Source of the DNA: Squalus acanthias
Lineage: Eukaryota
Length of the DNA stretch: 64,000 nucleotides
Direction: 5' to 3'
NCBI GenBank assembly: GCA_030390025.1
Contig: CM059432.1
Location: forward strand, 52,764,001 to 52,828,000
Position numbers and translations under genes: made by a program. Of the stretch, positions 12,928-26,409 are shown piece by piece (the first letter of the stretch is position 1; every line of letters starts with the position of its first letter). The notes below the pieces were generated by a model. That model had not been told where the DNA came from. It was given only the letters and a program-made list of their open reading frames with translations, and ran no database searches.

Positions 12928-14261
12928 GTGAATCAAGCCACATAGAATTTGCAATGATTAAATAATGTTTAACAATCACTACACTTTAAAACCCCACTTC
13001 ACAAGTGCACCTATGAAGTAAAGGGAAACTCTTCCATACTGCAATCATGCCTGCAATCTCCTGCAAGTATAATACCCTCACATCTCAAACTCATTTACTA
13101 CATACATCCTTCAGATTACAATCACAAAATGATGGTCTTCAGTTCATAACGTTAAAGATGCTAAAGTCGTCTGTACACTACAGAGTTGATTTGTTGTAAA
13201 CATGAACTTCACGTGAAAGAAAATCAGTCAATAACTATTAGAGCGTTGTGCATTCGTTAAAACAACACAAAATAGGGTTGAGTAAGAAAAAAGTTCCTGC
13301 AAAGGAAATCAAAAACCCAGGATCTTTTGATCTTCAAATGTCATTAGGAAACTTGGAAATGACATTTAATAAACTATAAATCAGACAGAATCCTGAATAT
13401 ATGATGTCACTTCGCTAAGCATTTGGGGGAAGAAGGCTGTCTTGTAGGCTGCCAGTTAGAAGGATATAAGTCAACTTTCATGTAAGAAAATTTTGCCTTT
13501 CTAGAAAATGATCCAATTCCAATATCAAGTTCTGCCTTGTATTATTCCTTACTTTACACGTTAACAACTTTTGCCACAAAGCAGAGAAAGTCTAGCCAGA
13601 GAAACGGCAGATCAAAAAAGCACATGCAGCCAAAAAACTGTCTCCAGGGCTGAAGAATTAAAGGAGAGGTTGAAATGTGGAGCCTCCAGTAAAATATTGG
13701 CAGGTTATCAAAGCAGGTTATCAGGAACAAATTAAATTCCATAACTCTGCAAAGCATCCTCTGAGCAAACACTAATTGCTCCGGATTTCATGTTAGCTTT
13801 GGTCTTCTAAGAGGATTTTTTGCTGTAGACTTTAGTTAAAATGATGGGCATCCTGTTTATTGGCCACAGTTACCATATCAAACAAAACCAATATATAAAC
13901 TAAACAAGTTACTGACTACAGAGGTAGATACATAACTGTAGAGCTGTTTATATAAAGTAATTTATTCACATTTAATTATTAACCTCTATAGTCCTTTATG
14001 CAATTTAAACTACAGCAACCAAGAGATGATTACAAACAGATAAAGCGCATGCCAAGTCCAGATTTCAGTAAAAACTGACTGCTTTGCTACACAATAATGG
14101 TTTTGATACATTATGGTGATCTAGATAAGCTATGAGGAAGGATTTTAGAAAATGCAATTTTCAAATAATTTATCTATAATTTTGCAAAGATATTCCTAAT
14201 TTAGCATGATCTCATTTACTAATAGCATAAAGTAATAATCAGGCACAAATCATAATCTTAC

Positions 14262-14428
14262 TGAGATTCCTTTGTCTGGGGGCAGGAGATGGCGGAGGAG
14301 AAATTGCAGTCTGTCCTGATTGACCACCCTTGCAATCTTCACCCTTGAACCCAGGGCAACACCTCCACTCCAGTTGAGTCACCACCTTATATGCAACTTT
14401 ATATGTAGGACGAAAATGTGTGCGATAT
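14262..14428 (-). CDS. EMILIN2: EMILIN-2 coding exon 3 (EMI domain C-half)
   Basis: Acceptor ccaattAG|ATATCG and donor CTCA|GTAAGA. Translates YRTHFRPTYKVAYKVVTQLEWRCCPGFKGEDCKGG... (EMI signature WRCCPG); phases join exons 2 and 4. Confidence 0.95.
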
Positions 14429-14479
14429 CTAATTGGAAAAATGCATAAAGAAAATAGTTTATGTAATATAAATATACAG

Positions 14480-15060
14480 AATCTTAAGAATGCTTGTTAG
14501 GTCCCCCTTATCCTATTCTGTTCCAGTGAAAAAGCACCTATTTTTCAGGCCTCTCTTCAGAATTAGAACCTATTATTTGTCATAATATTTTAGTGAATCT
14601 TCATTGAATCCTTTGCATGGCTCTAATATTTTTCCAGAATTGCATGAATAATCCAGCAGTGGTCAAGCCAACGTAATTTACAAATTTAGCATAATTTTCT
14701 TCCCTTATGTTCAATGGCTCATGTATAAAGCCCAGAATACATTTGACTTTGCTACTGTTGCTCCTACTTTTAAAGTATCAGCAACCTTAAATCTCTTTGT
14801 CCTTCACTCTGTTATGAATCCTACTATTTAGAATATATTACCTTTCGCTGTTCTTTTTCCAAAAATGTACTACTTCATGTTTCTATGCATTGAACTGTAT
14901 CTGCCACCTATCTGCCCATTCAGCTAATGTCTATATGCTCCTACATTCTTCCTCACAATTTGCCATGCTTCCTAATTTGATTTCAGCAAACTTTAATAAC
15001 ATTCCTTGTTTCTATATCCAAATCATTAATACAAATGGAAAACATAAAAGGGTCCCAGTT
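14480..15060 (-). mobile_element. Old, highly degenerate CR1 fragment
   Basis: Residual similarity to CR1 RT C-terminus (e.g. 'gcattgaactgtatctgccac', 'tcagcaaac'). Confidence 0.5.
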
Positions 15061-16633
15061 AAATTACTAGCTATGCCTAAAGCATTGTTCACATTCCATT
15101 AGGTTACATTGTGACATCCTAAGGAGCAAGTACGTGGGTTAAATTTAATTTAAAACAAGCATTCTTTTTCTATGATAAACACAATCTAATTTTATCCCAA
15201 AAGTGTATTTTTATTGTGAACTATTTGCAATATTTTATTTTAATGCTATGTATTTTATACAGATATACAAGCAAATATTATACTTTCTCTTTTTTTTGTC
15301 ATGACCCCAATATAAACAGGATTGAGAAAGCACAGTTTAACTTTCAACCTGTTGAAAACTGGAAATGCAGCCTCAGGATAACATATTGAGGTAACCTCAA
15401 AATCTGAACATTAATTCCTGTATTAATTACCTTTCTTAGACTTTTACCATGTTTCATAGAAGAAAAAGCATGCAGGATCAATGCATCAGAAAAGATCATG
15501 TCACTGAGCAAGCATGAAGGAATAGGAAAGACATGACACAAACTGCAGCCTGTTCATTACATTCCCTTGTTTATTTTTGCAGCACTTTCAATCACTGCAT
15601 GCTCTTGACATATTTGCTTCGATTGTCTGTCTGTTGTAATACTGTATAGGATATACAAGGTACACTCACAAACAAAATAATGCTATGATGCAAGTCATAC
15701 ATTGTGCACACCACTGAACCACTGGAAAATGTTAGTCTATACACTGAGGATGTGGGAGGCTTATCCTTCCTCCTACCCATTGCAGTGTAAGTGTTCCTTA
15801 CATCTGAGAATCTCTAATCTCATTGATCTAAGAGTTTACTGCCTAGAGTCACAAGTTTCTAAAGCACTAAAGTAGGCAATCTTATGTTACGAATGGAGCT
15901 TTTTAAAGGAAGATAGCTAACTTAAATTTCAGCACTCGAGTGGTTAACCATGCCTAATCTGCAAGTATTTATACATATATATTTTTTAATTCTTACCCTG
16001 AAGCTGGCGCTTCTTGTAATTAACTGAAGGGTATGTGGCCACAGAATGATTAAAAGGTATTTTACTTTATAGCAATTCCTTCAGCTGCCCATTCCAACTG
16101 GCTTCTTATCAGTTTTAATTACAGGCTTAAACCACAGAAATGCTCTGGAGAATTTGAAAGGATTTCCCTTGGAGAGCCTCTCTATCTGATCAAAACTATT
16201 CCGCTCAGGCAGCAAAGTTTATCTCAACACAGACATGGAACTTTTAAATCCAAGGGATATCGAGCAGAAGGTAATTATTTTAAAGGAGGATATGTCTCTT
16301 TTAGAATGAGTGTATCATTATCATCCTTCAGTTTCTATTTTTTTATGCTTCATTATGTGTGAAATGTTTTAATAATTCATACTCACACTGTGCCAGTGCC
16401 ACTTTCCTGGAGACTAGCCAGAAATGAGAGATGTGATAGCTAGGCTGACACATCTGTCATTGTCACCCTGGGAAATGGGTCCAGATGCAGGTGGGCAGAA
16501 ACACACAGCTGCACTCAGCTCATCCTGTTCACATTTTAGACAGAGGCCCTGCTAAGGTATCGCATACATTGGATATTTTTGTTAGTAATTGAATCACAAT
16601 GTTAGAGATCTTACAGCGAACACTAATAACTCA

Positions 16634-16738
16634 AGAACTTGCATTTATATAGCACCTTTCACGACCTCAGGACCTCCCAAAGCACTTCGCAGCCAGTGAA
16701 GTACTTTTGAAGTGTAGTCACTGTTGAAATGTAGGGAA
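16634..16738 (-). mobile_element. Deu-SINE (SacSINE1-like) 3' fragment
   Basis: 'gaacttgcatttatatagcacctt...gtagtcactgttgaaatgtaggga' matches the 3' part of the SINE at 56850-57266. Confidence 0.65.
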
Positions 16739-17029
16739 TTAAAAGGGGAAATCATTGCCATTTTTATGGTACAAAAGAGCCTCGAAGAGTTCAGCACACA
16801 TTTCACAACAATGTTTCAGTGTTGTTATGATGTTTTTGCAACATGAAGGAAATTATCACGTTTTGTGTTGATAAACAGATAAAGTTTTCCCGGCAACTTT
16901 ACAAAGGAGGCATCTACTTTTAAAGCACACCAATTCTTTGAAGTATTGTAACAGTACAAATGTTCATACCGTTACTTCAAAGGAGTGGTGTGGTTTAAAA
17001 CACTAATTACCTTTTTCTTTTCAATTTTC

Positions 17030-17335
17030 TACCCTCTTCTCCTGAAGGAACGGGCCTCTACTGACCTGCAGTTCCATGGACACCAGCAGTCCTCCAGTAC
17101 CTTGCTCAACTGATAATTCTTCATCTGTGAGCGTGGTCAATGAGTGTTAGCACACTACTTAATAATGGAAGACATTACAGCCAATCCTGATCCTGTTCGC
17201 ACTCGATCTCCACACACATGCATTTTCCTGCAGGGCTCACTGAATAGCAATCAGGAATGGAAACTCTGACTGATTTTCCCCTCCCTAGCCCAAGGTTGCT
17301 GTGACCAACTGTGAAGGCCCTTATTTCTGTCCTGG
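17030..17335 (-). repeat. Old interspersed repeat (SINE-like), same family as 38480-38830
   Basis: Reverse-complement similarity to 38480-38830 (ccctcttctcctg / caggagaggagg; cagtacct / aggtactg; tgattttccc / gaaaatca). Confidence 0.45.
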
Positions 17336-17424
17336 GTATGATCTTTTTACAAAGAACAATTGTCTCAGTATCCCAAAGACATATTTAAAGAGCTATGAAT
17401 TTAATATGCCCAGAACCAAGAAAA

Positions 17425-18039
17425 GGGCTAGAAATTTGGCTCCATAGTGTCTGCTTTTTTCGGCTCTATGGGTGCCGTTTTGTGTCAAAAATGGCGTCCG
17501 CGCTGCACGCGCACACTTCTGGTGCGGGCCGCACTGGACAGCATTTTGGTGAGGGTGGTAGGGCAGGCATTAAGAGCGTGCGCTGGAAGTATGGTAAGTA
17601 GACAGATCGTGATGTCAATCAGCGTGCAATGCTGATTTGACACCAGCACTGCCATTTTCGTCCTCAATGCTGGAACGAATGCCCTGTGTTAATCTCGCAC
17701 AGCTGAACATGCGTTCAGCAGCAACAAGGACCCCCTACCAGCGATATTTAAAGGGATCATCAACCACTCGCAGGTGAGTTGCTGATTAATTACTACTGGC
17801 TCTGTGTAAGTTTGTAGAAGTGTTTGGTGCTTTGCAGAGTTGTTTGAAGTTGGTGAGGTGACAGGGAGTGGCGCTGCAAGTGGAGAAGGCCTTGGTTCTG
17901 ACTTCAAGGGTTCTGCTCAGACCACTCGCTCCAAGTCATGGATGCTGTAGTTGCCATCCCCCTTGGTCTGCAGCATGACAGGGAGATGGAGCTGAGGCGG
18001 CGAAGAAGAGGACAAGCTGCTCAAAGAGGGAGGAGGAGC

Positions 18040-18071
<32 letters not shown>

Positions 18072-20566
18072 CAGAAGGAAGGGAGGAGGCAACCAGCACA
18101 TCCCATCTCCTGCTGGGCTGTTTATGATCGCCTCATTCGACTACAGTTCCACTGAACACAACCCCAAATCCCCATTGTACAACAGTCACACACCTTACCA
18201 TCCCTCTGTTCCGGACCATCACAGCGTCCTCTTGGCCACAATGCTGAAATAAAAGCCACCACAAAAGAAATATTCCAAACCAACTTTATACATAAATCCG
18301 GCCAATATTACGTAACAAAGTCAACTAATCACCCTTATGCATTCCCTTAGTGCCTGTCTTCCATGTGCCTTTGCCTGTCCTAATGCTCTTATGAAGTGCT
18401 ACCCCAGTGGCTGAGCATGGCTGGTGGGAGGCTGCTGACTTTCAGTGGAGGAGACTGCAGATGGCCTTGCAGGACAACCTCGAGCAGCTCTGGGCCTAGA
18501 AGGCCCTGGCTTTAGGCTGCACCAGATTGGCATGGGCGGCAGCAATCTGGGACGGCTGGCTGACAGGCAAGGGTACTGGCGGAGTGGCAGTGATGGGAGG
18601 ACGAATGCTGTCATCCTGAGAAAGGACAGTAGGTTCGTGCTTCACGGAGCCACTGCCACTCCCCTGGGGCAGCGCCTCAGCAATCCTAGTAATCTGTTGG
18701 AGGACAGATTGCTGGAATGCTGTGAAACCCTGCAAGCCCCTTTCCACACTGGTAAACGCAGCCATGGAGGCAGCGGTCAGAGCTTGCATGGCAGCAAGCT
18801 GAGCCTGCATGACAGAAGTCTGAGCTTCCACTGCAGCACTCAGATGTTGGGTGGCTTCTGCCTGTGCTGCAATGGAAGCTGAGACATCGGCCATCAGACG
18901 CTGCATGATGGTTGGGTCCACAAGTGCACTAATGGAGTTGCCCATCACTTCCATGCTGGAAATCATGGGCTCCAAGCTCTGCGCAAAGCCCTGTGCAAGG
19001 TTGGTGCCAGGCTCCTCCATGGTCCTTGACATTGCACTCAGGCTTTCTGGCAGGTCTGCCAATGCACCAAGCATTTGATGGTGCATACCGATCAGCCTTC
19101 TTCTGTAGGTCCTCATCTGAGGCCTCTGCAGCAGAACTCGTGTGCAACCTCGCCCTCCGGGGAGCAGGCATTTGTGCTACCCTTTCCCCCTGCCCTGGCT
19201 GCAGGCCACTTGTGCCGGTGACTCACCATGTGCAGATCCCACCTCTAACCTATCCTCTAAAGTACGCGGAGTGTCAGTATCTGAGTTGGTGGCTGCGAGT
19301 GTGAAATTGAGTGATGGTGCTGCGTCTTCATCATCAGTGTCTTGTTGCTATTCAATTTCCTGCTCCTCCACCAGTACCTGGCCAGGTGGCAGTTCTTGGT
19401 TATCTGAAAGGAGAAAGGCACAAGGGTAAGGTTGTGGTGATGGGGAGAGGGGAAAAGCAAGAGGTGCATGCTTACACCATGAGCAGCTTGCAAATCAGAA
19501 GAAGATTGTGGGATGAGGGGGAAGTGGGATGTGAGAAGGAGGATTACGTAGGGGGGATACCATCATCTTGTAATGTTTCAGCCTCGCCACTGGCCACGGG
19601 CTCAGCGATGGCACTCCCAATAATGCCCAGCACCGTCTCCTCCATCGGGGTAAGGTTATGCAGGTGCACCTGTCCCCTGCCGGTTAGGTCCTGTTGCCTC
19701 CGGTTGTGAGCCACCTTTTCCTGCAAGAGAAAGGATGGTAAGGTGTGTGTCAGTGAGTGTGGTGCAATGTGTTTGGATGCAATGGTTTTGAATAGCTGAC
19801 AGTGTGTGCAATCTGTGAGATGTGGGTGTGAGGCTTACAGCACTGGTAAGTGTGTGAGGGTGAGGTGAAGCTATGAATGTGAGGAATGAGTCATGTTTGG
19901 TGGAGATGGTTGGTAGGTGAGAGATGGGGGTGTGGTGCATTGAGCAGTGTGTGAGGCTAGTGGTGCAGTTGGTGGGATATGGCATTTGAAGATGAATTCA
20001 CTAACCTTGACCACTCATATAAGGTCATTAAACTTCCTCCTGCACTGCATCCAGGTCCTCTGGGCAAGACTGCTGGCAGTGACTAGGACGGCTATCTGCT
20101 CCCATTGCCTTTTACGAATTTGCCTGGAGGGCCTCCTGGCCCCCTGTGGAAACAGGACCTCTCTCCTCCTGTCGACATCCTGCACCGAGGCCTCCAGTGC
20201 TGCATCCTTGGAGCACACTCTCTCCCCTGTTGTGCCATTAGTAGTACTTTTTCCTGCTCAGACGCTGTTCCCCAGCCAGTTGAATCACCTGCTGCAGCCA
20301 GAATTCACCTCCCCTTTAAGAGGTGCAGACTGCCTTTAAGAAGTGCAGGTTAGCTTTAATTGGTGCTAGGCTCGCACGAACTTGGGCCCCCTGCTGAGTG
20401 TGCAGCCACTCAGCAATCCATCCAGTGCTAGGCTGCATGCCATAATCATGTTAATCAGCAGGCAGCACATAGTTTGCATGCTGCCTGCATTACTTTGAAT
20501 GGGCGCAGGTTGATCCCGCATCGCGATCCCCGTGCCCGTTTCCGGGAACAATCGAATTTCAAGCCG
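17425..20566. mobile_element. PIF/Harbinger DNA transposon, internally deleted
   Basis: TIRs GGGCTAGAAATT / AATTTCAAGCCG (10 of 12 match). Transposase N- and C-terminal stubs on + at ~17938-18155, convergent Myb/SANT gene on -. Confidence 0.8.
18400..20240 (-). pseudogene. Harbinger Myb/SANT (trihelix) DNA-binding protein, 3 exons, disabled
   Basis: Exon ending 20006 (RREVLFP..QWEQIA..RTWMQCRRKFNDL, donor GTTAGT), exon 19720-19561 (EKVAHNRRQQDLTGRG..LTPMEETVLGIIG), exon from 19403; in-frame stops present. Confidence 0.8.
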
Positions 20567-20723
20567 CAAGGCTTTTGGAAAGTTTTTGCTTTAAATACTG
20601 AATCTTAAACATTCTTAAGAAAACATTTAAGACAAGTTATTAGGTTATTGTTCTATGAATTTGGCACCAAATCCACACATATTCTCACCCCAAATCACCA
20701 GATTGAAAATCAGTGTTACTATA

Positions 20724-23105
20724 CTAGAATTATAGAATCATAGAATGGTTACAGCATGGAAGACGGCCATTTGGCCCGTCAAGCCCGTGCCGGCTCTCTG
20801 CAAGAGCACTTCAGCTAGTCCCACTCTCCCGGCCTTTCCCCGTAGCCCTGCAAATTTCTTTCCTTCAGATACTTATCCAACTCCCTTTTGAAAGCCATGA
20901 TTGAATCTGCCTCCACCACCCTTTTCAGGCAGTGCATTCCAGATCTTAACCACTCGCTGCGTACAAAAGTTTTCTTACGTCGCCTTTGGTTCTTTTGCCA
21001 ATCACCTTAAATCTGTGTCCTCTGGTTCTCGACCCTTCTGCCAAAGGGAACAGTTTCTCTCTATCTACTCTGTCCAGACCCCTCATGATTTTGAACACCT
21101 CTATCAAATGTCCTCTCAATCTTCTCTGCTCCAAGGAGAACAACCCCAGCTCCTCCAGTCTATCAACGTAACTGAAGTCCCTCATTCCTGAAATCATTCT
21201 CGTAAATCTTTTCTGCACCCTCTCTAAGGCCTTCACATCCTTCCTAAAGTGTGGTGCCCAGAATTGGACACAGTACTCCAGTTGGGGCTGAACCAGTGTT
21301 TTATAGAGGTTTATCATAATTTCCACACTTTTGTACTCTATACCTCTACTTATGAAGTCCAGGATCCCGTAAGCCTTTTTAACTGCTTTCTCAACCTGCC
21401 CTGCCACCTTCAACGATTTGTGCACACATAACCCCAGGTCTCTCTGTTCGCGCACCCACTTCAGGATTGTACCATTTAGTTTATATGTCCTCTCCTCATT
21501 CTTTCTACCAAAATGTATCACTTCACACTTTGCTGCATTAAATTTCATCTGCTACGTGTCCGCCCATTTCACCAGCCTGTCTATGTCTTCCTGAAGTCTA
21601 TCACTCTCCTCCTCACTGTTCACTATACTTCCAAGTTTTGTGTCTTCTGAAAATTTTGAAATTGTGCCCTGTACACCCACATCCAAGTCATTAATATATA
21701 TCAAGAAAAGCAGTGGTCCTAGAACAGACCCCTGGGGAACACCACTGTATACGTTCCTCCAGTCCGAAAAACAACCGTTCACCACTACTCTCTGTTTCCT
21801 ATCACTTAGCCAATTTTGTATCCATACTGCCACTGTCCCTTTTATTCCATGGGCTTCAACTTTGCTGGCGAGCCTATTATGTGGCAATTTGTCGAACGCC
21901 TTTTGGAAATCCATGTACACCACGTCAACCGCATTACCCTCATCAACCCTCTCTGTTACCTCATCAAAGAACTCAATCAAGTTAGTTAAACCCGATTTGC
22001 CTTTAACAAATCCATGCTGGCTTTCCTTAATTAATCCACACTTGTCCAAGTGACTGTTAATTTTGTCCCTGATTACTGTTTCTAAAAGCTTCCCCACTAC
22101 CGAGGTCAAACTGACTGGCCTGTAGTTGCTGGGTTTATCCTTACACCCTTTTTTGAACAATGGTGTAACATTTGCGATTCTCCAGTCCTCTGGCACCACT
22201 CCCGTATCTATGGAGGATTAGAATATTATGGCCAGTACCTCTACGATTTCCTCCCTCAATTCCCTCAGCATCTTAGGATGCATCCCATCCGGTCCTGGTG
22301 ATTTATCTACTTTAAGTACAGCCAGCCTTTCTAATACCTCCTCTTTATCAATTTTTATCCTATCAAGTATCTCCACTACCTCCTCCTTTACTATGTCTAT
22401 GGTAGCATCCTCTTCCTTGGTGAAGACAGATGCAAAGTACTCATTTAGTACCTCAGCTATACCATCTGCCTCCATGCATAGGTCTCCTTTTTGGTCCCTA
22501 ATCGGCCCCACCCCTCCTCTTACTACCCGTTTACTATTTATATGCCTGTAGAAGACTTTTGGATTACCTTTTATGTTGGCTGCCATTCTACTCTCATACC
22601 CTCTCTTTTCCCCTCTTATTTTCTTTTTCACTTCTCTGCTGACCTTTCTATATATAGCCTGATTCTCAGATGTATTTGCAACCTTGCATTTTTTTTCTGC
22701 TTCATCATATTCTCTATCTCTTTTGTCATCCAGGGAGCCCTGACTTTAGTTACCCTGCCTTTCCCTTTAGTGGGAATGTACCTCAACTATACCTGAACTA
22801 TTTCCTCTTTAAAGGCAGCCCATTGTTCCATTACAGTTTTGACTGCCAATCTTTGATTCCAATTTACCCGGGCCAGATCCGTTCTCATCCCACTGAAATT
22901 AGCCTTCCCCCTGTTAAACATTTTTACTCTCGATTGCTCCCTGTCCTTTTCCATAGCTAATCTAAACCTGATCATACTATGATCACTGTTCCCTAAATGT
23001 TCACCTACTGACGCTTGCTCCACTTGACCTACCTCATTCCCCAGAACCAGATCCAGCAATGTCTCCTCGTTCATCGGGCCGGAAACATACTGATCAAGAA
23101 AGATC
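20724..23105 (-). mobile_element. CR1 LINE, 5'-truncated (endonuclease C-end plus RT), several lesions
   Basis: ORFs 22787-23074 (LDLVL..SDH), 22218-22631, 21552-22199 ([20 protein letters not shown]) and 20946-21548; (atagaatc)n tail. Confidence 0.95.
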
Positions 23106-24767
23106 TGGTGATGAGCAGACCATGGAAAGTCTTAAATAACAACAGAAAATACTGGAAACACTCAGCAAGCTCTTGATGATCTGGAACATAGGCATGTACT
23201 GACCCAAAGAAACAATTGAGTTCCATCTGGCCAGTCCCAAAACATCTGACAGTGGCTCATGTGACAACATGAAGAGTTGACAGAATTCCACAGCAACTAA
23301 TCTGTGTTTTGGCCTCATAACATGGTGTACAAAGAAAGTGGTCCATCTAATTATTGACGGGAGTCTGATCTTGGGTAAATAGACTCATGCCATGAATCTG
23401 ACTTTGGTGAATGTGGTTGGGTGAAGTGAACCACCCACAGTGGATATTCTGGTTTCTCCTGTAATTTGGTGCACTTCCATGTATGCATAATGTGCAGTGT
23501 GCACTGAAGACCACAGTATTACCACTAGAGCAAAGCATAAATCTGCCCACGTGTGGAAGGTGTCACTATTTAACGCTCTGAGATGTCCATAATATACCTA
23601 AGTCTTTAAAGGTGTTTTATACCTGATGCTTCAATAGTTCAGATTGCAGGAGAACAATATACATTGCTAAAACCTTCCTTATCCCAGTGGCATTTCTGTG
23701 GGTCTACACTTCTACCCCTGGGATAAGGGAGCCAGTTTTAGCAATCTAATTACTGGGAATGACACGCAGAACTCGCTCTCTGATGATCCAAACGAATGTA
23801 AAAGTACCTAAAAAGCAGAAAAGAGAGAAGACCACACCTTAAAGGTAATGTGACATGTCCCTACCAATCAGTAGCTTTATAGGCCCATTCGACACTGGCG
23901 CCAAAGGCTGAATAGAAAGATAAGCTTTAGCACATTCTGCTTTGGGGCAGGGCAGAGTGGGTATTTTTAGAAGTGTGTGCTCATTTTAGATGAGATCGTA
24001 AATCAGTATCGGGAAGAAGTGGAATCTCAGGGAAAGGGGGAGGTGAGCACTGAAATCGGCATCTCGATTCATGCGAGGATTTAGAGAAGAAAGTGTTTCA
24101 AACTCCGCTCGGCGTTTGCATTGAGGTAATGGGGTTGCAGACAGTGCCCTGGGCGCCTCTGTCTGGGTCCATGTGAAATGTGTTTGATTCGACAACATTT
24201 ATGGATTAGTCCTCCTGGATGCCGGAATTTATAAGCAGATTCATGGCGTGACCAGATGCTCTGGGTCTGGGTGTTACTGTATTAATGTCAAGGACACCCC
24301 ATGTTTCCAGCCGCATTAATACTGAATTTTAAACAGTAGCATTTTTTCCTGATATTTCATATTGACGCCTGGGGATTTGTAATAGAAGAGATTCGGAAAG
24401 AAATCGATTTGCAGTTTGTAACCCGATGTTTACACTACAATGTCACCAAGAAAAAAAAGTCCAGATGTTTAGCCATAAACATGTCAGATCAAGTTATATC
24501 ATGATTTATCAGGTAGGGGGATACTGTGTGTTTAAATCATCTTGTTCGATTTCTGTAGTTCTTAGTAACTCAGTAAATTAAGAACTTTGCTAAAACGAGA
24601 GTGTCCCTGGGTGGGAGGCACCTCGGATCCACAGCAGAGACACACTGACTTTGTCCTGAACCCTGTGATGTGCTGAACTGTAGACCGCAATCCCATTGTT
24701 ATTCCCTTAATTACACCCGGAGCTGTTGAAGATGCCAGGTCCCGGGGGGAGGTTGGTCCTTACTTAC

Positions 24768-24893
24768 ACTACGGCAGGCGGGCAGTTCGTCTGACCCCAG
24801 GGGCACTGCTGATATTCTGCCTTGGTATAACTTTCCGCACCGTCCAGCACCGAGCAAGTCACGTTCTTCTTTACAATATAAGCACACCAGTTC
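24768..24893 (-). CDS. EMILIN2: EMILIN-2 coding exon 2 (EMI domain N-half)
   Basis: Acceptor cttgcAG|GAAC and donor GT|GTAAGT. Translates [41 protein letters not shown], matching the EMILIN2 [14 protein letters not shown] motif. Confidence 0.95.
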
Positions 24894-25376
24894 CTGCAAG
24901 GAGGGAGGGAGGAACAAACCACACATCAGCAAAGGGAATGGGAGTTGGCCGCAGATGCCAGAACTCACAGACCGCGGGCAAGGCTGCAGCTGCGACAGTA
25001 AAAGTCCCCCCAAACAACTGCTGACACCGAGGGCAAGGCACCGGGGCTTTCCTACCTGGCTGGGAGTCCAGGATTGCCGTTACGGACGAGGGTCGAGACA
25101 CGATTTTAATCAGGCTCCAGACTACTCAATATGGGATAAACCTTACTAACGGAGCCATCAACTGAACAAGGTGAGGTAGAAGGAAAATAGCCCACTTATC
25201 ACTTTTAATCATCTTGCTCGCCATACTTAATCGTAGGTAAAACATCCCAACATTAGCAATGTCAACATACACAATAATGCAGAAGAAGTTGGTGTAAGTA
25301 TGTGGAGGAATGCTTTTTTGTAGTCGCCGCTTACTGGTAAAGTTTTTAAAAGTGGACTGGACAAGGGTTGACTTAC

Positions 25377-25546
25377 TTGTTGCGTCCTGTGAGTCTGTTG
25401 GCAGTGTGTTGAGGAGTGGATCTGGGGGAATAGAGATTGTATCTGGAAGATGAGAGCGTTGCTTGCACATCAGACAGTAGAATACTGATCAGAATCAAAG
25501 ACCAGCTCAGCAAAATCGCCTCGCTCTCAACCACTCTTCCGGTCAT
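25377..25546 (-). CDS. EMILIN2: EMILIN-2 coding exon 1 (signal peptide)
   Basis: acaATG (A at -3). Translates MTGRVVESEAILLSWSLILISILLSDVQATLSSSRYNLYSPR...GRNK; donor AA|GTAAGT; joins exon 2 as RNKNWCAY. Confidence 0.9.
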
Positions 25547-25900
25547 TGTAGCGGGATAGTTTCTCAGCGTCCACCTTTCTCAACAGTATTACCGATCACT
25601 TTAACCGGAGCCGAAGGCGCAATCTTGTCCTCAGAACTCCAGAAGAGTCCAAGTGCTTCTGGTCAGTGTCGGAAGCAGGCTCCGCGTTGAAACTTGTGCT
25701 GGACCTGCCCTGTGAAGAGATGTTGAGGAGACCCCTCCACCCAGATGAAATGCGTTGGACACGGGCTTTTCCTGTTGCTCTGGACTGAGTTTTTTTTTAC
25801 GGAATGACGTTAATCTTTCTGCACTGGGGCTTCAGGCACACCACTAGGAACTCTGCTTCTCGTTAAAAAAAACTTGGCGTAAGCCCCATCCCACTGTCTT
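25547..25900 (-). promoter_or_regulatory. Probable EMILIN2 5' UTR and proximal promoter
   Basis: Non-repetitive, relatively CpG-rich sequence immediately upstream of the ATG; TSS not determinable. Confidence 0.4.
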
Positions 25901-26409
25901 GCTGGGAGGTTGTTTGGTAACTTCACTGCATACACACACATAGACTGTGTGGGTTGGAAATCTGGAGCAGAGAACTAAGGTACAGAAAGTACACGAGCGA
26001 CTTAAGACATCAGGTGAAGGGAATGTCATTGGGATGCCAATTCCACCTTCTCCTCTGTTTCAGATCATACCACGTCCTTTTCATGAAAATAACTTTCTCA
26101 AACCCAGAACTAGTTTGCCAAGAAATATTCAGTTTGGATCCAGCTCGCTATAAACTGTAGATAAAAATAGCAAACTTGTAATCTTGGTAGGACAGCTCAT
26201 TTATTCAGTAATTCAATTTAAGCAAAATATTTGACATTTTACACAAACGTGTAACTTCTAAAGTTAACATTAGCAGGCATTTGTCGAGATTTAATGTGCT
26301 TCCCATTAAAAGCAATCAATTAGGAAACAGGTTCATGCTGGTGTTAAGAACAGTACAGGAAATCTATATAATGAGAAGTGGTTCAACACATTCGATCTGT
26401 CAGTTATAC

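Noticed and set aside
24711..25470. ORF-track ORFs 24711-25013, 24871-25101 and 25126-25470 as genes
   Set aside because: Off-frame overlaps of EMILIN2 exons 1-2 and intron 1.
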